A DNA stretch of 59,569 nucleotides, counting the filler, from Squatina squatina (lineage: Eukaryota): the NCBI GenBank assembly GCA_031763465.1. It is 4 parts of 4 records of this genome, joined end to end, with 100 filler letters (N's around TTAATTAATTAA, not from the genome) between each part and the next. Parts side by side here need not be neighbours in the genome. Positions count along the whole stretch, not along the records: positions 30,059 to 45,049 come from JARFOE010000016.1; positions 45,150 to 59,569 come from JARFOE010000058.1; 2 more parts are not named here. One strand, written 5' to 3'. The position numbers and the translations under genes were made by a program. Under the pieces are notes generated by a model. That model made no database searches. It was not told the origin of the DNA and saw only the letters and a list, made by a program, of their open reading frames with translations. This document shows, piece after piece, positions 37,235 to 49,726 of the stretch. The first letter of the stretch is position 1; the number at the start of each line of letters is the position of its first letter.

Positions 37235-37558
37235 GAACACAGTTGGTAAGTGCCTTGTCTAGTGTGGTACTGAGTTATATGGACCGGGAAGGTCCAGGTT
37301 CCATCACTTGTCGGTGATAGCTGCACCAGAGGCACAACCATTCATTGTAGTACTCTTGGCTTAGGGAGGGCATTTTTTTTCTTATAAAAAGAGCCAAAGC
37401 TCCTGATTGTTATCCAGTGACTCCTGCTGCAAAATGCACATGTGTGAACCTCGGTGAGGGTTGTTTGGGCTCAGCCATGATGTCTCTCTTGGGCAAAAAA
37501 ACCTGCCAACACTCTGTCTAGAGTCACACAAAGAATGCCACTTGGATGATGTTTGCAG
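37235..37558 (+). mobile_element. tRNA-derived SINE
   Basis: GGTAAGTGCC..GTGTGGTACTGAG..GACCGGGAAGGTCCAGGTTC head and ATCCAGTGACTCCTGCTG core. Confidence 0.65.
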
Positions 37559-39599
37559 NNNNNNNNNNNNNNNNNNNNNNNNNNNNNNNNNNNNNNNNNN
37601 NNNNNNNNNNNNNNNNNNNNNNNNNNNNNNNNNNNNNNNNNNNNNNNNNNNNNNNNNNCCAGGAGGAGCAGGAGCGCTCGCATCTGCCCAAGGAAACTTT
37701 CGACCTTCCTTCTGCCAGCCTCTCTCTAGCCCCCGTCGATCGTCAATGTCCTGCTCCCCACACCCGAGCCCCAATCTGCAGCCTGCCCCTCGATCGGCCT
37801 GTCAATTGACAGGTTTTCCGAGCACTATCATGCTCCCCCGCACCCACCCTGTAAATATAGAGGCCAAGATTTCGAAATCATGGGACAATGCAGAAGAATG
37901 CTCAATATTACTGATTCGCACTTTGTGTAAGCAGGAAATGAAGGCTTCCAAATATCGCCAAAGTTTATTTAATTTCTATACGCTCATACACCAGGTCAAG
38001 CACGAAAGAGAAACAGCTGTCTCTACTTAAAAAAAAACCCTGGCTGATCTGCTTAAATGCCTTTTTCTGATATTTTTTCAAGCACAATTCACAGAATAAT
38101 GAAGGGGAATGGTGAAGAGAACAAACAACTGATATTAAAAAAAGCTCCATCAACACGTGCCATGGCTGCTAATGTAGAAGTAAACCAAGATGAAGAGACG
38201 AGCTCGGTTGCTTCCTGCATCAACACCACTGCCAATATTTTGCTCTGGCTTAATAAGTACAAGGTGTTCATAAAAACATTTTTAAACTGCCTTGATGGTA
38301 ATTTTGTGCAATGGCACCACAACAGCTTTCATCTGTGACTGGCCGGGAAGAGGAGCACTCACAGCATTATTAACAAACAAGAATATGTCAGCTGGTATCC
38401 AAAGCCACAAGAACCAAATTTTTTACCGTGCAATTACCTGACTGAGCTTCTGCTCGTGGCAGATAAGCTAGTTCCCACCCGCCATATTGCCAAAACCAAC
38501 ATAGCAACACTGACAGTGGGCACCAGCAACTAGGGTGACTGACTCCATGCTCAACATGTCCACACAATCTGCTTTACACATTACTAGCATGTAGAGACCT
38601 TCATCAGGTATTGTCTTTTGGCCAGAAATTGAAAGATGTCACTGCGCGAATTTCACAGCACCAGAAGGTAAGACTTACTGGACCACATCTAGATAATAAA
38701 AACTTGTGAACAGACCGATAGATAGATATCAATTTATTTTAAGTTTTAAGCAAATCACTGCAAATGTTAGGCACTTGTTGCAATTTTTGACAAATTGATG
38801 ACTTGGGAGATTTAAAACATAGAGCTATCAAAGAGGTAAAAGGTCAGAATAGATCAGGCTCATTTATCTAAGTAGCTTTGTGGCTGCTATTTTAGTTGAC
38901 TTTATCAGCATACAGCATGTGCAGTGAGCAGTGACTCTTTCCTAATCAGGCGTAGGCGCCAATGAGCTCCAAACTTCTGTCTGCAGCAAGAATTAAAAAA
39001 ATTATACGAGAGTTGAATATTAAGTCCTTTCTGGGTTAATTGTGTGTCTTCACCAGGCCAAGTAACATTTCGTCATTTGCGCTACTTNNNNNNNNNNNNN
39101 NNNNNNNNNNNNNNNNNNNNNNNNNNNNNNNNNNNNNNNNNNNNNNNNNNNNNNNNNNNNNNNNNNNNNNNNNNNNNNNNNNNNNNNACACACTGTCTAT
39201 GTAATGGACACCAACATGATCTAAAACTATTGCATTTAACTTTTGTCAAGGGGAATGGAAAATCAATTTATTATTAAACAGTGTTGCAGCTCTGATGTAT
39301 GTCTGTTTAGGAATGCAATGGAAAGTGTTTTGACCTTTTGTTGTCATTTACACTGAAATATTTCCAGCTAGCAGTTACCTATAACATTCCCATGGTCAGA
39401 TTTTTATTGTCAAATGGGCATCTATGTGCAAAGGAATCCTTTAAAAAAAAATCACATGCCTATCTACCTTTGTGTTGTCAGTTCCTTATGAATGAATAAA
39501 AATTTAGAAAGGTTTTGGGTGTGGGTGGTGATTGCCAATTTGAAACTTTCTATTCACCTGTAGGATAAAGGTTTGAATGCAACTCAGAGTGACAAGGTG

Positions 39600-40258
39600 A
39601 ACAACAACAGCTTGTCTATATCTATATCTATCTATATCTATATCTATATCTGTACCTTTATCAGAGTAAAATGTCTCAAGGGGCTTCACAAACAAAATTT
39701 GACTTAGAGTCACATTAAGGCAGATGGTCATAGAAGTAGGTTTTTAGGAGGGTCTTAAAGGAGGAGAGAGAGGCCGGAAGGTTTAGTAAGGGAATTCCAG
39801 AGCTTAGGGTCTTGCTTACTGAAGGCACAGCTGCCAATGGGTAAGCGATTCAAATTGGGGATGTGCAAGAGGCCAGAATTGGAGGAGGGCAGATATCTTG
39901 GAGGTTCATAGGGCTGGAGGAGGTTACAGAGATACAGAGGCTATGGTGGGATTTGAAAACAAGGATGAGAATTTTAAAAATCAAGGCGTTGCTCAACTGG
40001 GAGCCAGTGTAGATTGGCGAGCACAGGGGTGATGGGTGAATGAGACTTGGTGCAATTTAGGATATTGACATCAGAGGTTTTGATAACCTTAAGTTTATGG
40101 AGGGTGGAAGATGGGAGGCCAGCCAGGAATGCATTGGAATAGTCAAGTCTAGAGGTAACAAATACATCGATAAGGGTTTCAGCAACAGATGAGCTGAAGC
40201 AGAGGCAGGTGATGTTCCAGAGGTGGAAGTAGGCGGTTTTAGTGATGGCGCGTATATG
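39600..40258 (-). mobile_element. L2 LINE ORF2 C-terminal region and 3' tail
   Basis: HIRAITKTAYFHLWNI...AETLIDVFVTSRLDYSNAFLAGLPSSTLHKL...PITPVLANLHWLPVEQRLDF, a typical L2 ORF2 end. Confidence 0.93.
39615..39651. repeat. (TCTATA)n microsatellite in the L2 tail
   Basis: TCTATA repeated about 6 times with one interruption. Confidence 0.9.
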
Positions 40259-41119
40259 NNNNNNNNNNNNNNNNNNNNNNNNNNNNNNNNNNNNNNNNNN
40301 NNNNNNNNNNNNNNNNNNNNNNNNNNNNNNNNNNNNNNNNNNNNNNNNNNNNNNNNNNGTAACTACCACATGACTTGAAACTTCATGCCGGCAAATTAAA
40401 ACTCTGAATGAGTTGAAACACACTTGGATGAGATATTGGCAGCTGTTCAAAGCCACTGTTGTAACATTGTAAAACAAGCAGCTATTGCAAACTAAAACAC
40501 ACATGGCAAGAGCTGTGCCTTCTGAAATTGGTACAGTTTGTGTACCAGTCACAGTGCCATGTTTTGTTAATAATTTGTAATAAAGGTGGAGCTGAGTAAG
40601 TATGCTTGAGTCAAAGTCTGAAGTGAGTCATCATGACAAAATGCAATACTGCTGGAGCACACATAAAAGCACAATACTTTTGAAGAATAGGTTTATTGCA
40701 CAATAAACTAGACCACAATAAAGTATAATGAAGCTTGTGCAATGCCTGCCTGCAATTTGTATATGTACTTGCTCTCCTTGAAGATATTTTACTTTACATG
40801 TAAAATGGTAGCTCTAAGTGTAGATAACTATTTTATCACAATCCTATTTATATTTAATTCTGTTCAAGAAGAGTGGTGCATTTTTAGAATTTTTAAATAT
40901 TGAGGTGCTCACATATCATATTCAGACTTTTCCTTTGCGCACTGACAAAAATGTTTCAGTTCATGGCCATCCCCTTAAAACCAACACTGTATATTAAGCA
41001 GNNNNNNNNNNNNNNNNNNNNNNNNNNNNNNNNNNNNNNNNNNNNNNNNNNNNNNNNNNNNNNNNNNNNNNNNNNNNNNNNNNNNNNNNNNNNNNNNNNN
41101 NAATGCATAACTTGTGCCT

Positions 41120-41350
41120 TGCACCATCATCCCTTGTCATTTAATCTCTCCTGCTTTCCACCTTATCACAGACCTTTCCTTTTGCTTTTTCCTCCCCTCC
41201 CTCCTTTTCCCTGCCTCTGCACTTGCTTAAAACCTGTTACATCTCTAACCCCTTCCAGTTCTGACAAAAGGTCATCGACTTGAAACGGTAACTCTGTTTG
41301 TCTCCGCAGATGCTGCCTGACCTGCTGAGTATTTCCAGCATTCTCTGTTT
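41120..41350 (+). mobile_element. Penelope-like pseudo-LTR / terminal repeat
   Basis: Pyrimidine-rich tract, then the hammerhead motif, then the CAGATGCTGCCTGACCTGCTGAGTATTTCCAGCATT tail found in at least 7 copies in the window. Confidence 0.8.
41257..41293 (+). ncRNA. Degenerate minimal hammerhead ribozyme
   Basis: AGTT-CTGACAA-AAGGTC-ATC-GACTT-GAAAC-GGT-AACT. Confidence 0.65.
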
Positions 41351-43497
41351 CTAAATATATACCTTTAGACAACCACCCCCCTCCACCCCACCNNNNNNNN
41401 NNCTGTTGGATCATCTGAATTTTTGTGCTGTCTGAATGAAAGTCAGCCTGTAATTGGAGGTCTGTGAGCAACTCTCAATAGTCTGTTCAAGGCTCTGGAC
41501 TCTCACACTTTCACACCATGCCAATATTCAGCCAAGGTGCAAAATGAAGAATGGCAACAGCTCTCAGGCAGTCCAGTCACATATCATCTGGATAGGAGTC
41601 CAAGCCCACGACTTGCACCTCCATCCCAGTAACTCCCTGAGGTCAGGCTGGACATTGTTCCATTCAACCCTGGATCATTCATTTCTAATTCACTAAAACC
41701 AGTCTGTAAGCGATTCCACTGCTCCTCCCCAGTCCAGCTAAGTCAGGCGTTGTGCACAGAAAGCCTCCTTTATAAAGTGGCAGTGTCCCATTAAAGACCC
41801 AGCAGCCCTGCAAAAAGGAGATGATTTTTTTTTTTAAATGGTACATTTTTCCAAAGGAGCTACACTGCCAAAAGCCAAAATCTGGGTACGGAAATGATTC
41901 AGCCACCATTAGCAGTTGACGTTAAGCCGTCAAAACAATCAAAACCTTTTTACCTAGCACAAAGGTAGTGCAATGCATTAGGTCCACATGCTGTGACTTG
42001 CACTGACAGGATATAGCCCTGCACCCAAAATACAGGAAGTTCCCAACCTTAGCTCTGCTGTGTGGATCCAGCTGTCAGTGGAAATCAAGAGGAAGGGATA
42101 AAAGACAGAATTAACCTCATACACTTCCTAATGGTGTGTAGCAGAATGGCACTGCGCGGAGTCCTGGGGGTACTCACATGAGTGCATTCCTAAATAGTGA
42201 ATCAAGAGATCAGAATGGGGGACTGGAAAGGAAACTTACCAGGAAGCAATGGATGGCATTCCCTAGCTAATGAAACAGGCAAGCAAATGACATTTTTTTT
42301 TGCTCATACAGATTGAATGCAGATACTGCAATGGAAATAGGCCTCTCTTATCTGCAAAACCCTCTATCGCTGCTTCTGTTCCGACCAGGTACCACTGTCA
42401 CTGAACGCCCATTCAAGCACATGTGCACTTTGTACTCGACGCCTGCACATGGAGAGCGCCAGCAAATTGTGATTATCCCTCCTGTAGAACAAGATCAGTT
42501 TCAGTTAATTGTCAGATGGGGAGAAAAAAGGGTTTGAAGGCCCCTAGCTGACTGCTTACAGCATCCATTACTTGCTTTGTCAGGATCAGGTCTGTAGGAG
42601 GAAACAGGCCTGCATCTGCAAACCTGGCCCTTGGCCAAACAAGCACATCCTGCTCTCAGTGTAGTTGGGAATTTTCAGAAGACAAATGAAAGGGACAGGC
42701 AGTAAAATCGTCTCCCACACCCCTCTCCAGAATTTGTTTAGCAGTATGTTAAATGGCAGGGTGTCACCAATGCTAACCTGTCATGTTGGGCACATTACCA
42801 CCCTCAAACAGACAGGCTGGTACAATGGCACGATTCACCAACAGTACTGCATTGGAGCTTTCAGAATAGGCATTTGAAGTTCTGTCAGATCCAGTCTTGC
42901 ATTACACTCACTCTTTGGAAGTGGGGCTCCATGGTTTTNNNNNNNNNNNNNNNNNNNNNNNNNNNNNNNNNNNNNNNNNNNNNNNNNNNNNNNNNNNNNN
43001 NNNNNNNNNNNNNNNNNNNNNNNNNNNNNNNNNNNNNNGTAGGGCCTCAACAAGAGTTGTGGAATGGAAGTCCATAAAAGAATAATAATACACTGCATCT
43101 GGATAAAGTGGGCTTGATGGGTTTTTCTCACTCTGGATTTTGTCATGTATATAAAAGAATGCTTTTATTTTGGCAACGAGATAGATACTCACAATATGTT
43201 GCTTTTGTAAAGTTGTAAACCATGGGTGATAATGTGTTGTGATGATATCACCATTTATAATTAACAGCCAGCTTTAAACATCCAATGTAAGCAGTGAAAC
43301 TTGTCGAGGCTGCAACTTCAATATAGAATAGATTTGAATCATAACATTTCCTTATAGGGAATTCTTACCATTTTTCAACAAGGTTTTGAATTTTTTCTTA
43401 ATATGGTTTGTTTGTGATTTCCACAGCAATATGTCTTACAATGAACTGAATAATAAATAAAGCATTTGATAATAAAGCATTGTTTGAAAATTCTTAC

Positions 43498-43582
43498 CTT
43501 GTAAATGCTGGATTTTGCATTCAGAAAGAATAATTCCACAGTGGTGATGTCCTTTAAGAATGATATGTTCTCAATATAAAAC
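43498..43582 (-). CDS. FRMD4B: FRMD4-family FERM exon: (R)FYIENISFLKDITTVELFFLNAKSSIYK
   Basis: acatttgctttag|GTTTTAT...TTACAAG|gtaag, 85 nt, phase 2 to 0. Matches recalled RFYIESISFLKDKTTVELFFLNAK. Confidence 0.92.
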
Positions 43583-44184
43583 CTAAAGCAAATGTATCAA
43601 AAAAGAGCATTGTTCAAAAATCTGGCTGTAACAGACTTAATTACTGCAACAAAATAATTGACATTCATTGTTATTCATTTTCATTAAAAAGAACATAATT
43701 TTATGGCATCAAAACAACTTCTACTGTGATATNNNNNNNNNNNNNNNNNNNNNNNNNNNNNNNNNNNNNNNNNNNNNNNNNNNNNNNNNNNNNNNNNNNN
43801 NNNNNNNNNNNNNNNNNNNNNNNNNNNNNNNNNNNNNNNNNNNNNNNNNNNNNNNNNNNNNNNNNNNNNNNNNNNNNNNNNNNNNNNNNNNNNNNNNNNN
43901 NNNNNNNNNNNNNNNNNNNNNNNNNNNNNNNNNNNNNNNNNNNNNNNNNNNNNNNNNNNNNNNNNNNNNNNNNNNNNNNNNNNNNNNNNNNNNNNNNNNN
44001 NNNNNNNNNNNNNNNNNNNNNNNNNNNNNNNNNNNNNNNNNNNNNNNNNNNNNNNNNNNNNNNNNNNNNNNNNNNNNNNNNNNNNNNNNNNNNNNNNNNN
44101 NNNNNNNNNNNNNNNNNNNNNNNNNNNNNNNNNNNNNNNNNNNNNNNNNNNNNNNNNNNNNTGGTTCTATCTTTGGTATCTCAC

Positions 44185-44475
44185 ACAAGTGGTCAATGGT
44201 GCTGTGTAAACCTGCACAATGAGTGCCAGCAGGCTGTCTAACCAAGAAAACGCCAAACTGGGTGCAATGCTGTCCTCACCTGACATTCCCATACATGCAA
44301 TTTAAGCAGGAATCACTGGATAGAAATCAGGAGTGGGAACTCCATTTACTCTTTCTGAACCCGGGGTGCTGCGGCCAATTTTCTATCACCATCCCAGCTG
44401 AGATCAACCAACTAAGCACAGGTTGGGGATTGAAACTCGGACTTTTCTTGTCTGTATGGCTCAATCAGCTAAGCT
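44185..44475 (-). mobile_element. tRNA-derived SINE
   Basis: GCAGGAATCACTGGATAG..TCAGGAG...GCTGAGATCAACCAACTAAGCACAG..GGGATTGAAAC..TCTGTATGGCTCA, reverse of the 37235 family. Confidence 0.65.
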
Positions 44476-44858
44476 ATGGAGGGAGTGAGAGATCAGAATT
44501 ATCGGAGTAATCTACCTTGGCCCCAATTTATCTTTCTTTCTAACCACTATTAGACAACTGAGATAGATGAAAGGATTTGACTTCAGTCAGCTATTAGTCT
44601 GCTGCAGGCTTTTAATTATATTTGGCTAACTGTCTTTGTTAACATAAACAGTAAGCTATAGAACCTCTGTCTAATTCTTAGCAACAGGGGTTAAGCTTAT
44701 GAACAACATGCTCATTCAGAGAGAAGACTGGTGCAGCTGTAATTGAAGACAGAGGCAAGAGAATTGAACAGTAAAGAGGAAACTTGGAGGCAAAGCAATA
44801 GAGCTCAGAAGAAAAAGAGATTAAGAGTTAACAGGCAATGTATCAGTAACAAGAGAAA

Positions 44859-44933
44859 GACACAATGCAAGAAGAGTTAGAAGAGAAGGACACAACGTAA
44901 GACGAGTATGAAGAGGACACAATGTAAGAAGAG
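44859..44933. repeat. Imperfect 27-30-bp purine-rich tandem repeat x3
   Basis: GACACAAYGYAAGAMGAG units start at 44859, 44889 and 44916. Confidence 0.75.
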
Positions 44934-45049
44934 GATACTAAGTTCATAAAGAACAGAGTTTTGAAAGAATCAACTTGCAAAGACTGACGTCTGAGAGTGA
45001 CATGTGGACATTCATTTTGGAAACAACGAGACCTGCGCTCATGGTATCG

Positions 45050-45149
45050 NNNNNNNNNNNNNNNNNNNNNNNNNNNNNNNNNNNNNNNNNNNNTTAATTA
45101 ATTAANNNNNNNNNNNNNNNNNNNNNNNNNNNNNNNNNNNNNNNNNNNN
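45050..45149. other. Artificial contig spacer (six-frame stop linker)
   Basis: 44 N + TTAATTAATTAA (45094-45105) + 44 N. Confidence 0.97.
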
Positions 45150-45569
45150 AAACCTGGAAATTTGCATCATCCACATATGGTGCATCATGACAATCTGTGA
45201 AGGACTGTTCATCTAATTGTCCTGTTGCTTTATGGAGTCATGTTCTTAAAGAAGGTATGTTAACCTCTTGTAGACTTGATCCAATTTTATGCTTAAGTTG
45301 GGCTGTTTCAGTATCTTGCCGTGTCATGTGGCAGCTGTATATTTAACCTGTAAGTATACTGTCCAAGTAGTTGTAACCTATATGCATTAGCTAATCAGAA
45401 AGAAGGGCAATAGAAGTCATTTTNNNNNNNNNNTCTTCCTTGCTGCAAACTTCTCTGGTCTGGTGGTATAGTGTTTTTATTCTGTGGAAGAGAGGGGACA
45501 GGGAACAACATTCTTAGTAGTCCGTGTGATTTCCAGTGAGCAATATACTGCAATTATTAGGGCACATAT

Positions 45570-46400
45570 CTAATGAGTTCTCGTTGGAGTGGGATACCTC
45601 GGCTTGGTGCTGGGGCCACTACCGTTTCTAAATTATATAAATGGCTTGGATTTAGGAACTCAATACAAAGTGGTCAAATTTGCTTTTGATCTCAAACCAG
45701 GAGGGAACGTGTAATTGGAGCAAGCAGCTCAGAAATTACAGAATGGGCAAAGTATAAAAGTAGGCAGACAATCGCAGATGAAATTTAATGCATAGAAGTC
45801 TAAAGTGCTTCACATAAAAAGGAAAAAGTGACAACAAGCACACTCCATGTATGATGAAATAGCTAAGGATGAATTTGAAAGAGACCTAGGAATCTTGGTA
45901 CAATAGAATGTCAGAGGAGGTAATAATCAAGCTTATATAGTGCTTTGGTCAGACTTCACCTTGAATATGTTGTTCAGTTAAGTTGCCAGGAAACGAGACA
46001 TTCAATGCTAGAGGCAGCACAGAAGAGCTGTGAGTCAGATCTGAGTTACAAGGAGAGACTAGAGAAACTTGGGCATTTCAGCCTGGAAAGGAAGCATCTG
46101 AGAAATAACCTTGTATAGAGTATATTAGATGGTAAAGATATTATTTTTAAAAAAAAATTAACCTAGAATATTACATTAATTAAACTGCAGGAGTAGAACT
46201 AGGGACACGAGTTCAAATTAGTAAAGATAATTTTAAGGACTGATGTCAGGAAATTCTTCACACACTGTGGTAAACGTACAGAATAGTGGAGGCAAAAATC
46301 CTGGAATCAATTAAAAACCAATTGGATGCTACAACGGGGGGAGCTTTTATAACCTCTCTGAATGGATGAATCCAGATGGACTGAATAGTCTTCTACATCC
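45570..46400 (+). mobile_element. CR1 LINE 3' half (decayed)
   Basis: VLGPL.FL.YINGLD, VKFA, QMKFN..K.KVLH, ERDLGILV, LVRLHLE, SYKERLEKLG.FSLER and RTRGH motifs in order, then a CR1 tail. Confidence 0.88.
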
Positions 46401-47516
46401 ACAGTGACCATGTGATAGGGGTACAGATTTCAGTTCATATTGTACACTCTGCTTTGAATTGTGAACATGAGGTCTAACTAAGGCNNNNNNNNNNNNNNNN
46501 NNNNNNNNNNNNNNNNNNNNNNNNNNNNNNNNNNNNNNNNNNNNNNNNNNNNNNNNNNNNNNNNNNNNNNNNNNNNNNNNNNNNCAACATTAGACTTTTT
46601 CGTTTACTGCCAGTGCTGGCCCTTCAGAAAGCACACCAGAACTTGATTTTTGTATCTTGTTCCCTGTTCACCTAACTAAAGCACTCTGGCACCTTGTTGC
46701 ATTCCCGTCTGAGTATTCCAATCTTCAGTGTTCCATTCACCTGACTGCCCATGCATCCAACATCACAGGAGATCTACTGGTGTGTTTAAACACTTTCACT
46801 CCTGCATGAAAGAAAGCTTCACAGTGGCACTGAAATGCATAATTTTCCCTCAAGTGAAATGTCACAACAACTTGGGTTTGGAGCTCTCTGATCAGAAGAA
46901 TAGAAACTGGTGAAATGTTTACAGTAACTAGAGTGTCGAATAAGCTGTGTAATCAAAGGAGTGACCTTGCTGTTGAAGTGCAAGTACCATTATGAACTTT
47001 GTTTGCTTGTTCTTGTTGGCATAACTTTTTTTTTTCTCAGCAAATGTGGTCTTGACATATTGTGGCTTCAATCCCCCTTTAAAATACAAGAGCAAGAGAA
47101 AAGGCTTTGATCAAAAATTAATACGTTCAATTTTACATACATTATTTTACTTCATGTAAGTAATATTTAGGCTGCTTTTTCAAGTATTTCCATAATCCCT
47201 TCTATAATGCACTTTCATATGGAGACTTTAAAAAAGGAAGCATAGTTGGCTGAATATAGAAATTTTGGGTAGGGCCACTCCAATAAGTCTGTTATCATTT
47301 TGACTGTTGCAGCATATTTGCACTACCCCAATTTTACACTTTTTTAAATCTTGAAAACTGCGAGAAGTTCTGATAGAAGTTCTGAGAGAAGCTGACACTG
47401 ATTGATGATGTCTGTGNNNNNNNNNNNNNNNNNNNNNNNNNNNNNNNNNNNNNNNNNNNNNNNNNNNNNNNNNNNNNNNNNNNNNNNNNNNNNNNNNNNN
47501 NNNNNNNNNNNNNNNN

Positions 47517-47850
47517 ACTTTAGTTGTTGGACAGATGTTCCGCTCACCTGACACGTGGGGTCCCGTGTAGCCCAGTTGTGAGTCGCGGGGGCATCGTCAG
47601 GATAGCCAGCAGCCCTCCCCTTTAAGGGAGGCAGCATGCTGCATCTGACATTAGCGTGCTGCAGTGCAGACGCAGCGCACTGACGATGCAAGCGCCACGC
47701 CAGCGACATCCAGGGCCAGACGCCCCAATACCGCCCTGTGAGTGAGACGGACATCATAAGTCGAATTCCATGGCCAGTGCAGATTTTCAGGAGCTGGCGG
47801 GAAAGATATAAGCTGCCGCCCAATACCACCCTGAGGGAATTTCACCCCGA
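47517..47850. mobile_element. CpG-rich DNA-transposon right end (Harbinger-like)
   Basis: GC-rich block ending GGAATTTCACCCC (reverse GGGGTGAAATTCC, like GGGGAAATTC at 5582). Confidence 0.45.
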
Positions 47851-48784
47851 TACTTCCTTGTCTCAATCTGAAAATTGCCCTTGATAGCTCTGAGCTTGGG
47901 GTTTCTTTCCTGCTCCAAAAATATTGTTTCTTTTCGCTTTCTCTATCCCATTAAATATCTTCAATCCGTCTGCATGAGCTCCCTTTGAATCATCTCTTTT
48001 CCGGGCTGAAGAGCCCTACATTATAAAGGTGTTGTTGTCAAATAAGGCGCAAGGTTGTAATTGTGCACTGGGCGAATTGACAACAATAGGAGAGAAAAAT
48101 CCTGCATCCAGGTTGTGTTTGCACAAAACAGTTTCACATGCACTATGGCAGAAATCACAACTGTTTCCCACTAATGAGTCTAAACACAAAATCACATCAC
48201 ATGCAGCATGCCTGCCTGGAAAATTCCACTAACTAACCAAGGGAAGGCTAGTCTGCAGCTTTTGGTGAGTCTGACCAGTAAAACAACTGCTTTGTTTGGG
48301 AGTGAACCATTGTATTAGTTTCTTTGCCATCAACTCTTCCTTCTTTCGTCCTCCCCTTACTTGAAGTAACAGGGCCTCTCTGCCCTGCAGCAGCTTTTAC
48401 TTGTCTACAATGTAGGAGTTTTGTGTAATTTAACCATTGTGTACTTTGTTTCCTGCCTTTTAATAAGTGTTGACACAAACACTAAATGGCTGTAGTAATA
48501 TCTATACTGTGTAATATTCCTTTCCAGCTGCAGAATGACACCGGAATTGTATAATGAGTTTGTAGTGTTGAATTCACACTAGTTCTTGGTCCTCAATGTA
48601 ATTTTGGTGCTACTTTTAACAATCCTTAGCATTTTCATTTTACAGAGTTGAAATATTTACACACAGGATGATTATTGTAATTTGAGTAGAATAGATGTGG
48701 ATGCGATCGGGGGATTCACCATTTTAAACATAGTCCAACTTTGGAGTTAAATTACAGCTTCACTGCTCACTTCCAGCCATCCAT

Positions 48785-49170
48785 AAATAAAACTTGCCTT
48801 TTTATAACACTTTTTCATGGCCTCAGGATTCCCCCAAACAGTTCACAGCCAATGAATTACTCATGTGGTGTAGTCACTGTTACACAGACAAGTATGGCAG
48901 CCAATTTACATGTATTCGTATGGCAAGTCCTACAAATAACAGTATGATAAATGATCAATGAATCTGTTTTTGGTGGTGGTGGTTGAGGGATAAATGTTAG
49001 GACAACAAGAGAACTCCCCTGCTCTTTTCGAATACTATCATTTGAACAGGAAGATAGGGCCTCAGTTTAACATTTCATCCAAAACCTGGCAGCTATACAA
49101 TGCAGCACCCACGTAGTACTACACCAAGGAACCGGCTGGATTATGTTCCAAGTCCTCGAGTGGACTTTGA
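48785..49170 (-). mobile_element. Deu-domain SINE
   Basis: Aligns with 32112-32459 (ACAGCCAAT, TGGTTGAGGGATAAATGTT, GGGCCTCAGTTTAAC..TCATCC) and extends to a tRNA-like head. Confidence 0.75.
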
Positions 49171-49588
49171 GAACAAAATCTAACCTGATTCTTTGGTTGG
49201 CACTTCAATGTAACACTGAGGGTGCAGAGAAGAGCATCAAATTGCTTGTATGCAACTGGATACAATACTAGGAATAAATGGTGGATGGAATATAGAGATA
49301 GTAATAGCTTATCTTGGTATAAAGAATTTGAGGTAAGTATCTAAAGTATTAATCCTTATTTGCTTTTGTGTTTCAAAACCAAGTTTGTTTTTTATTGGAA
49401 TCTCCTTTCAAAGAACCCAGACCCTAGATGTAGGTCATTTTATCACTAATTTCAATAGTTTGACTCCATTGATGTGGAATGGGGGTGACCCAGCATAGTC
49501 TTGCTGCATAAATATATATAATGGGGATGCTTAACATATTGGCAATTGAAGTGCTTTTATGAAGCTTTTTTAAAAAATCTGTAATTAA

Positions 49589-49726
<138 letters not shown>

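Noticed and set aside
39558-39614. Minus-strand ...FILQ|gtgaat as the missing FRMD4 LAAFILQ exon
   Set aside because: Only FILQ matches, the rest overlaps the L2 tail, and the acceptor is out of frame.
35760-44245. Long ORF-track entries spanning N runs (e.g. 35760-36155, 43668-44245)
   Set aside because: They are open only because N codons cannot be stops.
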